DNA of 64,000 nucleotides from Raillietiella orientalis (Eukaryota). The number at the start of each line of letters is the position of its first letter. The stretch's first letter is position 1. The stretch is from positions 558,001-622,000 of the forward strand of contig JAYWIR010000014.1 of assembly GCA_036172245.1 (NCBI GenBank), read 5' to 3'. Made by a program: the position numbers and the translations under genes. Below, piece after piece: positions 62,601-64,000 of this stretch. The notes under the pieces were generated by a model. That model saw only the letters and a list, made by a program, of their open reading frames with translations. It ran no database searches and was not told the origin of the DNA.

Positions 62601-64000
62601 TTAACCAAGATTGAAGTGGTGAAATAGGCAACGCAACTACAAGCACTGACCAAACTGGAAATCCTACGAGGACTCCCTCAGGGTTAGAGGAAACCCTGTA
62701 CATCCCTATGATGAAGACAACCACCGCCTTCTTTATGCGGAGCATCCTCGTCAGGGGAACAAAACTCCGAAATAGATAAATACGGAACAGCACAGAACGT
62801 TCTGACAGTATAAAAAAAGACCGGTATCAGAAGTTGCGGCAGTTCCGGTATGGATCTCCACTACACTCTGCAGAAGATACAAGCCAACAGGCACCTTAGT
62901 GAAAGGCGCTAAGTCACTTTGGATTGTGACCCACCCCCTACCCCTTCCCTGTGAATCCGTGCTCAAATAGGAAAACTTCTGTGGCCTGCGAAACTCACGA
63001 GAAAAGTAACTCTATTGTGTTTACATGCTTGTTTTTAGTCCTCAAAATAAATTTACCCCACCTCTGTCGGACTAGAGAACAGGTTAATGTTATTATATAC
63101 ATCCTCTCTTGGAGTTTTTTCCTTGTCTACAGTGTGGGTACTCATCATCAGGTTGTTTTTTATTTGTAACAGAATCCAAATTTAAACTTTCGATTACTGA
63201 ATAGTACTTCGAATGTAACACTAAAACATAAACATAAAGCAGTCCCGGGCTATCTCTCTAATTATATGTTCTTCAAATCATTTGTATTGTTTTAAACATC
63301 AGTCTTTATGATTGAGTAAAGATGCAGGTTGTTTCCTCTGATATCTGAACTAGTCAATTTCACTCGATTGCACTTCTTTATAACAAAATTTCGAAAATGC
63401 AAGCAGTCTGAAATGCAACTATATGTTCTAGAGTATTTTCCCAAATGTAGCATCTTCAAATAACATAGAGAAAATCATTGAAAAGGTACTCAATCACATT
63501 TTTCTCTTATTTATTTTGCATCCTGTCTCCAAGAACTTTGGCCAAGAAGCACATAGTGTTTCTGTTCGTCTTAAATGCTGGTTTCCTCCTCAGCTGAATT
63601 GTATGAATAATTGAGGTAAACCCATGGTGCACTATTTCTTTTTGTAATGAAATTTGACCATTTTTAAAATATTTGAAGATTAGTTTTCAAAATGGGTTTG
63701 TTTTAAGTTTTGTGCTTTAATTTTGTTACCAACATATTAAACACTCATGTTTAGGCTTATTATGAAGTGATATACACATTTCCTAAATTTCATCATCTTT
63801 TCCCTTCATTTGTGATAAAATTAAAATCGTTTTATTTTGTATATTTTCTTTAATATTGATTGCTTTTAATTCATATACAAAAGGCATAAAAGCATACACT
63901 AATTAATCTCTAGATCTCTGAATACATGAAAATGGAAGTCCTATTGCCAACATATGTTTCCTTTGTAAACAAAAAATTCAAATATACAATTGTATATGAT

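Noticed and set aside
62720..62780. Minus-strand CTGACGA followed by an ATGC/GCAT stem near the LINE 3' end (hammerhead-like)
   Set aside because: No GAAA directly after stem II and no stem III.
1..64000. CRISPR arrays, operons, viral or bacterial insertions
   Set aside because: None seen; all recognisable genes are spliced eukaryotic genes or mitochondrial/retroelement remnants.

Overview
Nuclear DNA of an invertebrate animal (probably an ecdysozoan; not identifiable further from this window). Two compact, convergent housekeeping genes reconstruct cleanly by hand: NUP188 (+, 24 coding exons, about 1674 aa) and a PPM1H/J/M-type PP2C phosphatase (-, 7 exons, about 494 aa). Both are broken by ultra-short introns (mostly 38-49 nt), including one GC-AG intron and two GAG acceptors. 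A GC-rich PRDM-family gene (zinc knuckle + PR/SET + a single C2H2 finger) lies on the - strand near 39-40.5 kb. A 1.7 kb GC-rich low-complexity exon at 28.9-30.6 kb, carrying a CTCF-like YDF motif, may be its 3' end. There are also two small orphan genes: a basic protein of about 136 aa and a secreted, probably GPI-anchored acidic repeat protein. Other features are a mitochondrial insertion (cob 3' end - trnT - trnP with T-armless tRNAs), a U2 5' retrocopy with a target-site duplication, a U6 fragment, three perfect palindromes and many decayed non-LTR retrotransposons. No clearly new multi-gene system was found. The best leads are the micro-intron architecture, the PRDM/YDF gene and the gene order recorded by the NUMT. 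All alignments were done by eye or from memory; no database searches were run.
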